This document shows, piece by piece, positions 37,501 through 46,895 of a stretch of DNA of 64,000 bases (its first letter is position 1; each line of letters begins with the position of its first letter). A program made the translations under genes and the position numbers. This DNA is from Styela clava (Eukaryota): NCBI RefSeq assembly GCF_964204865.1, contig NC_135251.1, forward strand, positions 10,416,001 through 10,480,000, given 5' to 3'. The notes beneath the pieces were generated by a model, which was given only the letters and a program-made list of their open reading frames with translations, made no database searches and was not told the origin of the DNA.

Positions 37501-40500
37501 ATTACCCAATCATCATATAATTCGATCTTTCAATCTCCCTACAGACGATACATTAAGAAGGACGTAAAAGTACTTGGAATGAATTTTGGTCAAAAACCTC
37601 TATATAAAACATGGGAAGAAATACAGCTAAAACTAATCAGAACTATAAACTATCTTAAATTCCGAAATCTTACATGGTTTGGTAAGCAAATCATTATAAA
37701 CTCGCTATTAATGTCGATAGTAATGTTTCATGCCAAAGTTAAACCACTCCCCCCAATTGCTATGAAGGAGATAAACAGAGCTCTCTTTCAATTCTTGTGG
37801 CATCCCAACAAGATAGAGGCAATAAGCAGAAGAAAACTCCAACTACCACGAGAGGAGGGCGGTATAAACATGATAGATATAAAAGCCAAACTAGAAGCAT
37901 GCCGGGTTGAGAAGATGAAGGCGCTGGTTAATGGAGTCAACTTGGATCAATTCTGGCACCTCGAAGCGCAATATTCACTGGGGACCAAAATTAAACAGAT
38001 TAACCAAAATCTTTATACAAACTCAATGCCCCACGCTGCAATAATTCCAGCATACTGGCGGGATATCTTGAGCATATATCAATCAACCAACTTTTCGTCG
38101 GGAGAATGGGAGACAATTAGGCACAGGGATATATATTCAAAACTAAAAAGCAGACATCAAGAACAACAACAGGAAAACATCAACTGGGAAGATGTCCATC
38201 TGATGAAGAACACATCAAGAACATACTACACAAACGCCGAAAGGATCTGTTCCTATCGCATTGTGAGAGATGGATACATCTTCGGCGACCGTATGAGGAG
38301 TATGTCCCTTAGATTCGATACGTATGGAAATTTGAAAATATTAGGGTGCAAATTCTGTAAAAGCCTTGTCGACAACACTAAACACATATTCCTGGACTGC
38401 CTTAAAACAAAAACTTATATAGCCGAAATTATAAACGTACTCAACCGTATATTAAGCGTCCGAATTAAGATAACGGAAGAGGAAATTCTCTATAATAGCT
38501 ATATCGGCCCCAATGCAATAGTTGTTACCAAATGCTTCGTCATAATGAAAAAACAATTGATTGGCACAAAAATAAAACTTGATATTCAGAATAAATATAT
38601 GACCCCCATAGACGACAATGTAGTCTCGAAGACAATATCCCTATTCATACAATTTTTAACAACTATGGAATACAAATTCAGCAACCTCCAATTCTTTGGT
38701 ATACTAGATAACTGGAAAGAGATCCTAAATGGATATTTATCATCATAATTTTGATCCATGAAAAAAATCTCGACCCAGCGCGAGCGGTAGCATAATTGCT
38801 GACCGCAAATGCCAACATTTCAGACCGTTTTTAACAACCGTAATACCATCTCACAATTAGCGGATGTGATGAATCGGAAGCTTCGTGGTTGATGTCGTGC
38901 TGTGTGCGTGTTGCACGTCACGCAGTACGTACGGAAGTCGTGGTGGCGGAAGTCGCGCTGTGCTCTGCATGGCGCAGACGGAAGCCCTGGGCAAAGTTAT
39001 GCTGTGACATACAGCATATACTGAACCCCGGGGTGGAAGTTTGTGCCGTGCTGTGGCGCGGCAAATACTGAAGCCACCATAAGCATATGACTGCTGCTTA
39101 CGCAGTGGCATGCTTATGAACCGTTATACCGATATGACTCGGATATGACGTGTCATTAGACACTGATCCGAGCTTTGGAAAACTCTGATCCGCAAGAAAA
39201 GTTAAAAAAAAACTCAAAGCTGAAACAGGTGTTTTGGGATCCTTATGATGGCAATACCTTCTTTCAATGGAATATGTAATTTTTTATGATGGCAACACTG
39301 TATTATCCATCTACCGTATATACCAAGACAAATAATTGCACTCTTGAATTTTAATTGCATATTATAGTCATCAAACTAGCTTCGAATTTGTTAAATGCAA
39401 TTTTGAATTTGAGCAACAGTTTTATCTATATTAATGGTTGTTATTATTTTGCTGGAAATTACACAAAAAAACATGAGACTAGTGAATAGGATTAGAATAG
39501 CATTTACAGGCTTTACATGTCCTATTAAAACTGAATCCATTAGAATTGAGATTGCAATTTTTGAATTGTGCAATTTTTACTCTTAACACTCAACAGTTTG
39601 AGACCCAAATTTTGAGGTCCTCCACTTTTTTTTGACCAGTTCATGCAAGCGTTTGATCACCTTTCATCTGAAATCATTGTATTGCAAAATACCAGCAGTA
39701 AGTAAGATGTAACTGCACATATGTTACCATAACATTGAAGGGTAGGCGGTTATTGTATAATAGAGACAGATTCAGGATTGCGCAACAATATTCGATTATT
39801 CGGTTCGATTCGGCAAAAATATTCGATTCGATTCGAATCAAAAAATTATTCGAATTTGGACAGCCCTAGTCGCGGGCCACAATAGTGCCAGGAATAGGTA
39901 AACAGTGCAGTACAGAACAAGCACTTCTATTGTGTAAACTCATGGTTATCAGGCATTGCCAACCTAGGCTAATGGAGTCCGCATTCGATGTTTAGTTTTC
40001 TATCATGCCTACATTGTTAGCATATATTCCCGACCAAAACGATAGAAATCTAGGTAACAATTTAGACTGTCCATCACATCTTCAACTTCGCTAGTTGCTT
40101 CAGCTAGCCATCATACTAGTCAATTCAGTCACAGTAGTGATAACAACAAGATGTCAAACAATTTTTCTGATTTATTTTATGAGAAGCAATTTAAAATACG
40201 ATATTCTGATTACTCTCCGAATGCGGCGCGGGCCACAAATAATGAAGCATCGGGTATTGTGTGGCCCACGGGCCTGGGTTTGGAACACCTGCCCTAGATT
40301 GCGGGTCTCCTTGTAGTCCTAGGATGCCCCACACAATCTCTGGCCAGTTGAAGTTTTCTCCGCCATCAAGTCCATGCATCTGAAATGACTTGACTGGTTA
40401 CCTATCATTGCCATACCCAACATGGTAAACCGACAAGGAGAGTGGGTACCCATATGACGAAGACATCTTATCGCTTTTCCTCTCCCCCTGGATAATTATG

Positions 40501-42530
40501 TAAATCCTATCCTATCTTTATTTCTGTTCTTAGTTTTTTTCCTCAAATAGTTCAATGATAATTCAAAAATTATGATTAGGCTGTCTTATCGACTTTCTTC
40601 TTCCTCATATGAAACTACTAGTTGACTTACTGATCTGTCTATGTCTGAGATGGCCAAAACCTAATCCAGTGATTCCAAAACAAATTGAAGATTTGAATCA
40701 ATTCGAAATTAATGATTCACAACATTTTATATTCTTTAGTCTAGAAATAATTTTAAAATAGTTTTATTTGGTGAAATTTTTTTGATAGATTTAGGCCTCA
40801 CAGTATTTCCAAAAGGGTCATAATTTAATTTCGAAATGTAAAATAGAGAACTCATTCAGTCATTGTTCATCTCAACTTACCAGTATTTCCTAATTTAAAT
40901 TCATTTTTCCCAGGCCTATCACACTCGTTTTTTTTATTTTTAGTGGACAGCCAGTCCAGCAAATGATATGTATGCAGACTCCGTACTAGCAATCATATTA
41001 CGAGTTGATACCGATCCACAAGCACAAAAAGTTCCGCTCCAACGACTACAGAAACCAGATTTAAACAAAGAATTCAAAAGTCGATTGGAGGTAAGTTGAT
41101 ATAGGGCAAAGTTCTTATTTTTTAGATAACGTTTTCACGTTTTATACTGTGTACAAGAATTCACTGGACTTACTATTTTTAACAATTGCTGGAATCCCTT
41201 CGCCATCATAGGGTGATAATTTCTGGTGATTTGATATTTTCAAAATGTATGAATACCACCTATGGGTTTGAAAGTTTTACTATCACGTGGGATAATTATG
41301 TGTCGTCATAGGTGGTTCACATAACCGCTGGTTGGTTAACATTCCCCCCACCATCAAGTCCATGCATCTGAAACAAAATAACTGACTAAATAATCCATAC
41401 CTAACATAGACGGTAATCGGACGATAGGCCGTAGTTTATCATATGTGATTGATTTTTGTTAAAGAAAGAGACAATGTCAGCCTTGGATGAATATGTAAAT
41501 CCTATCCTATCTTTCCGACTCAGAATTGCCAACTTAATTTATGACATCCTGTTTGAGGTTGTGTGCAAGAGGTTTGGACCCAAAATATTATTTTCTGCAA
41601 TGCTAAACACATCTGAACCATTAAGCCATCGTGTCTATTAATGTGGTGATAATTTCTGGTGATTTGAAATGTTTTAAAATGATAAAATATTTGGGTTTAA
41701 CCGCTCCAGATAATATTGTTTGTTTGTTACCGAGTATATTCCTTTTTCTTTCAGGTTATGTTAGAAAGTATGTACGGAGAAAGTTCAATCCAACAACCAG
41801 CTCCAGGAGAAGAAGTAGCAAATGTTATAACACTGGCCATAGGAACAACAAATCTTACTATCAATACAGAAACAAGGGTATGCTTTGTATGTATTTTTTG
41901 AGTTGATAGAGATGTAGTTGTAACTGTGAGTGATTGTATGAAATGCTGTGGAGTTGGCACAGATGTTTTCTACCTCAAGCCAAAGACATCTACATCTCAA
42001 TTGTCTCAAAAATTTGAATCACATTCGTCATTGTTTATGTAATGGCATGACAGATTTAGTTCTTAGCTAGTAAACACAGTCAAGGCAAGCGAGGGGTGGT
42101 CTTGCTACCAATATGTGCATTGATTTTAAAAGCAAATACTGAAATGTTCCAATCTTGGCTTCTTCCGACATCTTATTTTCTAATGCTGGACGAGAAATGG
42201 ACATATGGATCGTTTTGTTGTTCTTATTGTTGGTATTTTTCTTATTGTTTACTCGTGAACTACTGCACCATTTGCTTTGAGTGTAAGGATTTGAATTGTG
42301 AATTTTGGTAAGGATCATGTATGTTCGATGAGGTGAAATTATGAGTGAGAAATTATTTAAACTTAAAAAGTCAAAGCTTTTTATCATTTTTTTGTAGAAA
42401 ACCTTCCATATTTTTTGTTTTTATTTTATAGGAAATCTGCTGTCCAGATGATCCAAACTTAAAAGAAACATTGTCAGATTGTGTTGAAAGACTTCACGCT
42501 ACTGTGATGCCTGTTGGATCTGAAGTCTGA
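25505..42530 (+). CDS. CPSF3: Cleavage and polyadenylation specificity factor subunit 3 (CPSF73 endonuclease; metallo-beta-lactamase/beta-CASP)
   Basis: 16 exons: 25505-25560, 25747-25810, 27324-27421, 28014-28142, 28656-28783, 29427-29566, 29914-30064, 31128-31303, 31919-32077, 32588-32734, 33247-33380, 33763-33890, 34420-34616, 40944-41090, 41755-41877, 42432-42530. Motifs [88 protein letters not shown]. Confidence 0.97.
26524..27160. repeat. Composite in CPSF3 intron 2: ~50-bp direct repeats bracketing a GC-rich inverted-repeat element with a family B MITE fragment inside
   Basis: TTTGGTAGAAAC.TGTGGAAACATCAGAAAATA.AATTCAATCTAGTTC at ~26525 and ~27110; GTGGTGACTCCTCTA (26606) pairs with TAGAGGAGTCACCAC (ending 27068). 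Confidence 0.7.
30112..30549. mobile_element. hAT (Charlie-like) non-autonomous element, perfect 8-bp TSD GTCTAGAT
   Basis: TIR CAGGGGTCGGCAACCT/AGGTTGCCGACCCCTG; TSD at 30104-30111 and 30550-30557. Confidence 0.92.
32847..33082. mobile_element. 236-bp GG-terminal MITE (family A) in CPSF3 intron 10
   Basis: Same sequence; TSD ATTTTGTT/ATTTTTTT (1 mismatch). Confidence 0.9.
35019..35150. repeat. 2 x 66-bp tandem repeat inside the inner hAT element
   Basis: CCATTTCATGCATGGTCAT.ATAACTTAAAAGTTA…GAGAGTACA at 35019 and 35085. Confidence 0.85.
35252..39151 (+). mobile_element. Non-LTR retrotransposon (L1/Tx1 group), ORF2 only, bounded by the 16-bp direct repeat GTCATTAGACACTGAT
   Basis: Direct repeat at 35236-35251 and 39152-39167; single long ORF followed by a ~400-nt GC-richer 3' region. 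Confidence 0.8.
35275..38748 (+). CDS. L1/Tx1-type ORF2 protein: APE endonuclease + reverse transcriptase + C-terminal CCHC zinc knuckle (1157 aa)
   Basis: EN motifs SLNANGL, VQE, NVYAP, AGDFN, RIDRIY, SDH. RT motifs [36 protein letters not shown]-x8-H-x4-C at the C-terminus. No stops or frameshifts. Confidence 0.96.
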   Translation: MVELNIISLNANGLEHHLAEMTAFIEHEKPNVVCVQEAHRLNKARITHWANRLGFNAYFNTLDRDEKHHAYFWQGTIIMVKLENTQTPSSYTIHIRHRCDSIEVQIDEQNIKIFNVYAPAQNGPKKTEFYENLVYILTNYCDTGNIIIAGDFNMVLEPIDVYDTKNFKLRPPEKIFCRFLQINNILDTYRDKFPNKQIYTYQSGTQRRRIDRIYSSFDLYSTISTITHTINTISDHLLCPQIKLKQAKKIRWGKGTWRNNTILYEDKTYIEVVRHSYNLALLDLENNVSILDWWDSTKQKIKKVTVAYSKNLAKTKKNNTFKLRQKLNKLINEGIKENALTIQNLKVELNVILDERKSLDVVMARMKNLEDGEKPTRTFYKRIRKRVKQTTIESVKDRNDCLVTSEKGVLATIEDFYARLWGIGSETEKRNQDHYLDLMSSSIIPELEKSVIEQRVTSEEIYNALKYMKNNKSPGMDGLSREFYITFWDTIKPQFTQLVNNIMTFGHFPKSSKLAKVKLIYKKGEETELKNWRPITTLNMDYKIISKILVKRLEPALAHIISSSQKCSLPHRDMSDVYYNKDAIIRFCKSKNIPATMVLIDNLKAFHNVDHKFLFGILDKIGIGNRFLSVIKNMYLENKSCIDVNGKLTQEIRIGRGIKQGCPLSMLLYALSVEPLARSVQINQNIRGIKLAKQEHKLDQYADDVTFTVSNQPSITEIFHELHNFELASGQKINKEKTQILCITQSSYNSIFQSPYRRYIKKDVKVLGMNFGQKPLYKTWEEIQLKLIRTINYLKFRNLTWFGKQIIINSLLMSIVMFHAKVKPLPPIAMKEINRALFQFLWHPNKIEAISRRKLQLPREEGGINMIDIKAKLEACRVEKMKALVNGVNLDQFWHLEAQYSLGTKIKQINQNLYTNSMPHAAIIPAYWRDILSIYQSTNFSSGEWETIRHRDIYSKLKSRHQEQQQENINWEDVHLMKNTSRTYYTNAERICSYRIVRDGYIFGDRMRSMSLRFDTYGNLKILGCKFCKSLVDNTKHIFLDCLKTKTYIAEIINVLNRILSVRIKITEEEILYNSYIGPNAIVVTKCFVIMKKQLIGTKIKLDIQNKYMTPIDDNVVSKTISLFIQFLTTMEYKFSNLQFFGILDNWKEILNGYLSS

Positions 42531-43258
42531 TTCTGCCAGGGAAAATGAAGCGCAACCTGGCAAAATAAAATCCTGGGTTTATCAACTAAGTTGGGAAAAG
42601 CCTGCTCTGGATGTGCTGTTCAGAACAAGGTCTTGCGCATTCTGTTCTTATACCTGACTGTTTAACCTTTAACCAGAATGGCAATTTACCGATGGACGGG
42701 CTTCTGCAAGTGACGGGGGAGAAGTGAATCTAATACCATTACCTTCTTGCAAAGAATAAATGTTCCCTTATTATTATTTTAAAATTGTATTAAATTAATG
42801 CAATTTCTATATTGCTTTTTCGCTAGCATGGTAGTTTGGTGGAGTGTACTCCATAACGTTAGAAAACTCGCTCCCGCTGACGGGAAGATGATATTTCCCG
42901 CGCGATTAAGTTTACTTAGAGACCGTATTATTCCATGTGTTAAGTCTAATTCTCCGATAATCTTCAAATTAAAGCGGCCTTTTACGGATGTTATAGCTAA
43001 CCGCCTTATTGAAAAAACGGGTTTCCTAATATCAAAGTTGTGAATGCGAAAGTTTCTTTTGTGCATTCGACAGCGAGGTGTTTGAGAATATGACCCGATT
43101 GCATAGCTCTGGTTGGGGCTTTAAAAGTCAAGAAAAGATTTAAGATCGACTGCAACTCCGGGTTGTAAAAGTTTTCGACTCCCATATCCAAACTTCGTGA
43201 AAATCAAGTTTTGACTTTTACAAATGCAGTCTTCTCCTCTACATTAGCGTATCTAGGG

Positions 43259-44063
43259 CATAGGTTCTCAAAGTGCTCCGTACGGAGCCCCAGGGGCTCC
43301 GCGAGCTATTCGATTACTTTTCAAAATACTGACTAATTTTGTAACTGTTCAAAGAAGCAATAACAGCTTTGATGAAATCTGACAACAATATAGCCTCGAA
43401 ATATGACAAAGAGGCGGAATTAAAAAATGACATTATTTAAAGGCAGGAGCGCAGCCAGGATTCTTTAAGAGAGAGGTGATTCAAAATTGGAATCGGAAAT
43501 TTCCGCGCAACATTCTTCGTGATTAAAAAAACGGATAACGAGATTTCTGTTGCGCAAAATATTCAATCCATGACCGATGCGAGCATTTAACGTGTCTCGT
43601 CGTTATAATGTAATTGTGCTCATCGTTACCCACGTTTGATTCGAGATTACTATTAGGATTACTAAAATGAAAGAATACTAAATAACATAAAATATGTGAT
43701 AAACTGCCAACTATAAATAAATTGGAATCGTATTTTTGCAATCTTGGGATTCGTCAAACTTGATTTGTTCTTTTGCATTCAAGATTCGTTTTTAAGATAG
43801 CGCCGTTTAAAAAATCACAATGTCTGGGCAAAATACGAACAATTGAAATTCATTTAATTGCATTCGGCTCCGTCGGTAGTTTCAGATTCATGACTTGTAT
43901 TAACCCTATTAAAAAGGTTCCGCATTTAAATTAAGTAAAGTACTTTTAACTTGCTCATGAATATTAATATGAAAGTGAAGATTTTAACATTTGTTTTGGG
44001 GCTCCGTGAATAGTAGTCAACCTTTTCAAGGGCTCCGCAACACCAAAAGTTTGAGAACCCCTG
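43259..44063. mobile_element. hAT (Charlie-like) element, TSD ATCTAGGG, nested in an older copy (~43242-44288) of the family seen intact at 49133-49413
   Basis: CATAGGTTCTCAAA…TTTGAGAACCCCTG; TSD at 43251-43258 and 44064-44071; host halves align by eye to 49133-49413. Confidence 0.85.
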
Positions 44064-45781
44064 ATCTAGGGCATGGCAGTCACTGGAGCCTTTTGGATTA
44101 GGGCGCAAAAAGTCTTAATCGTGAAAAGTTTCAATAAAATAATTTCGAATTTGAACTCGTATTTTTATTCAAATAATAGCGTACAAGGATGTTATTTCAA
44201 CAACAGTCAATAAAAATTGTGAGTCAGCGATCAGGGAGCGCATTTTTAAACTTTACCATGGGCGCCATTTTAGGTAGATACGCCATTTTGTAAAACTAAT
44301 GATTTTCTGTAGAAAAACTCCGTCTTTTTTGGTCCCGTTGAAAGTCTCTATTTCAGATTTCGGGGAATTCTTATTCCAGTGAAAACATGCCTGACTAAAC
44401 AGACCCGTTCCTAACCATTTTTATTTTATTTTTCCACCATACTATAAAATAATACCATAACACAAGCTTTGTATGAACAAGGCGAAATTCGCATTTTAGG
44501 GTGAAGGCGGGCGCAAAAAAACAACACTGGTTAACGATCAGCGACATCCGTGATTTAATCTAGTGAAACGATGAGTTTGCGAATCGGAGCATATACCAGT
44601 CTGTGTGAAAAATATAACACTTTTCTCAGTATAACGTTTATTAAATCAAGAAAATACAGAGATACCTCACAGTGGAATGATTTAAACTGATCGGCCTAGA
44701 AGCACAAATAATATGCCTCGAGTTTACGCAGAGAATATTGAGTAGTAAAATCAATACCCTGTAATGAGTAATTTCCTTTTTGGAATGTGTTTGGCTTATA
44801 TAAAAGCCTAACTTCTGATCACATCAGTTGTTTGGTTGCTTGTTGTCAACAGTATCCACTTATCAATAATTACGTAACAATCAAAGATAAATTTTTATGA
44901 CGAAATAATAAAGCTGTAATCAAAGTTCGGTCATCGTAAGCAAGACGTATGTATATAATTGAAACGGCAGTGCAAAGTAGAAATTCATAAATAAAAAGTT
45001 GGCAACGCGCGTAATAACTATTATTGGAAGAAAATACTGATATTGGAAAATAAAAATTATTTTATTCAAATAAATTACTGTTAATTTTACTGTTATTTAT
45101 GGACGGGATTTAGTAAGTTGTAAATGAGCAGCAAATGTTTTTCGGATTTATGCAAAGGAGAGAGAAAAGTCGTTAAAACCACTTCGCTTAGGAAGAATAC
45201 GATAGGATTTTCATTTATCCCCGAGGAGAGAATAGCCGAAAAGATGGCCCAATTATATGGCGTACCACGCCTCTCGTCCGCTTACCAGTCCATGTAAAGC
45301 ATGGGGTGAGAGAGAAACGGTATACCACCAAGTTCAGGTCTGAGTGAGAATATCTAAATATTAGGTAGTTCCGTATGCATGAAGGACAAGTCGGTACACC
45401 AATATGAAACAAAACGATAAAACCTGGCTTGGTAGAGCAAGACTTCGATGTATAAAATACCAAAAAGAGCGACCAGCAGACTTGTGTTTTATATAGAAAA
45501 AAGTTTAAAAATAGACAAGAATTTTCAGAACGTGCGTTATAAATAGGTGCTTGATAACAAATAGTAAAATCAATAGGAACTCAGATTACAAAAGATTCAA
45601 AATTATCCACTCAGTACAAATGCCAGTATATGCCAGGGTATCAAACCAGTCGAGACCATAGACTGGGGCGAAATTAAAAAAGTTTTATTCAGCGCTATTT
45701 ATTTGCTATGTTTTGCAAAGAACAGATATATTAATAAAACATCTTTATGTTAATTGTATTTGGGGAATGTTTTATTTCTCT

Positions 45782-45989
45782 GGTACTCCCGTAGTGTGTG
45801 TACTAGGTTAGGGCATAATTATATCCCGATTTTTCTTTTTTTAGTTCTATTACGAGTTCGGAGACTATCTGTGTTAGCCACGTGAATATACCCCCTACCC
45901 ATAGGCTTCCGTTCCTTAACACAACTTGATGTGAAGTAGGCGAACAAAATTAGTTACCTTCCTATTGGCACACACACTTCTGGAGCTTC
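45782..45989. mobile_element. Family B MITE, 8-bp TSD ATTTCTCT
   Basis: TSD at 45774-45781 and 45990-45997; interior matches 49574-49787. Confidence 0.88.
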
Positions 45990-46895
45990 ATTTCTCTTAC
46001 TATTTATCATAGGAACTTCTGTGCATCATTGATTTAAAAGTGTCCCAGGTAACCAAAAAAGAACGAACCACGAGGAATTTGAAAGTTCGTTTCGTGCAGA
46101 ATAATATGATTGATGTGTTTGATCGAACTTTCTGTTTATGAAACTAACTTTATATCATCACTTTGATCGTGTTCCTATTATTTTTATATTTATCCTAATC
46201 CAGTACATAATAAAATTCTATTTACTGACAAGCCTTACGTTTCAAAACGGCTGTTTACAGAGAATTTTCAGGTACAATTGAGGGTACTCCCGTAGTATAT
46301 GTACCAGGGTAAATACGAATTAGGGTATTTAGGCCCATCATTTTATTCAAATTTTCTTTAAGTTTTCCGGTTGAACTACGAATATTTTAGTACTATTACG
46401 AGTTCGGGGACTGTACGCGTTAGTCAAGTGAATATACCCCTTGTCCATAGGTTTCAGGCCCTTTATACAACTTGATGTAAAGTGGCGAACAGTATTAGTT
46501 ACCTACATATTGGTACATACACTTCTGGAGCGCCCAATCAAGTACTACTCCGAATGATATCACAGAAGCCGATGAAGTCCCAATTAGTTATTTCGAACAT
46601 GAAGTAAGTAAACAAATGTCGATGTAAAAAAAAAACGCATCACAGTTGCTGACAGTCGCTTCCCAATATACCGGATTTAACAATCATTGCGAGCTAAGTA
46701 CGCTTATAAAATTCGTTCATTCAAACGCTATATCATGGCAAACAACGTTTTGCCCACTCGGTACTTTCATTGTTCATCCTTCCACTTTTGCAAGCCGTCT
46801 TGAGTTCGCGGTAGCACTTCATCTTTCACTCGTCTTCTGGTAATTAATGTGATCACCTCGTCTGTGAAGAGCGATCAACGCATCAAATTGAATCT

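Larger units (their letters stand above)
34775..39868. mobile_element. Inner non-autonomous hAT-type element (TAGGG termini, TSD GTCGCGGG) carrying a retrotransposon ORF
   Basis: Perfect 13-bp TIRs TAGGGCTGTCCAA/TTGGACAGCCCTA; subterminal CGAAT/ATTCG arrays at both ends; perfect TSD at 34767-34774 and 39869-39876. Confidence 0.92.
34714..40291. mobile_element. Outer hAT (Charlie-like) MITE interrupted by a 5.1-kb insertion; TSD CCCTAGAT
   Basis: CAGGGTGGTCCAA … TTGGAACACCTG; identical 8-mers at 34706-34713 and 40292-40299. Confidence 0.85.

Noticed and set aside
39040-39200. Hammerhead or HDV ribozyme at the retroelement ends
   Set aside because: CTGA motifs are present but I could not find CTGANGA…GAAA with supporting stems; a covariance-model search would be needed.
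42779-43191. Two overlapping minus-strand ORFs (and an antisense ORF) downstream of CPSF3
   Set aside because: No recognisable motif or splice structure; may be 3' UTR or a decayed repeat.
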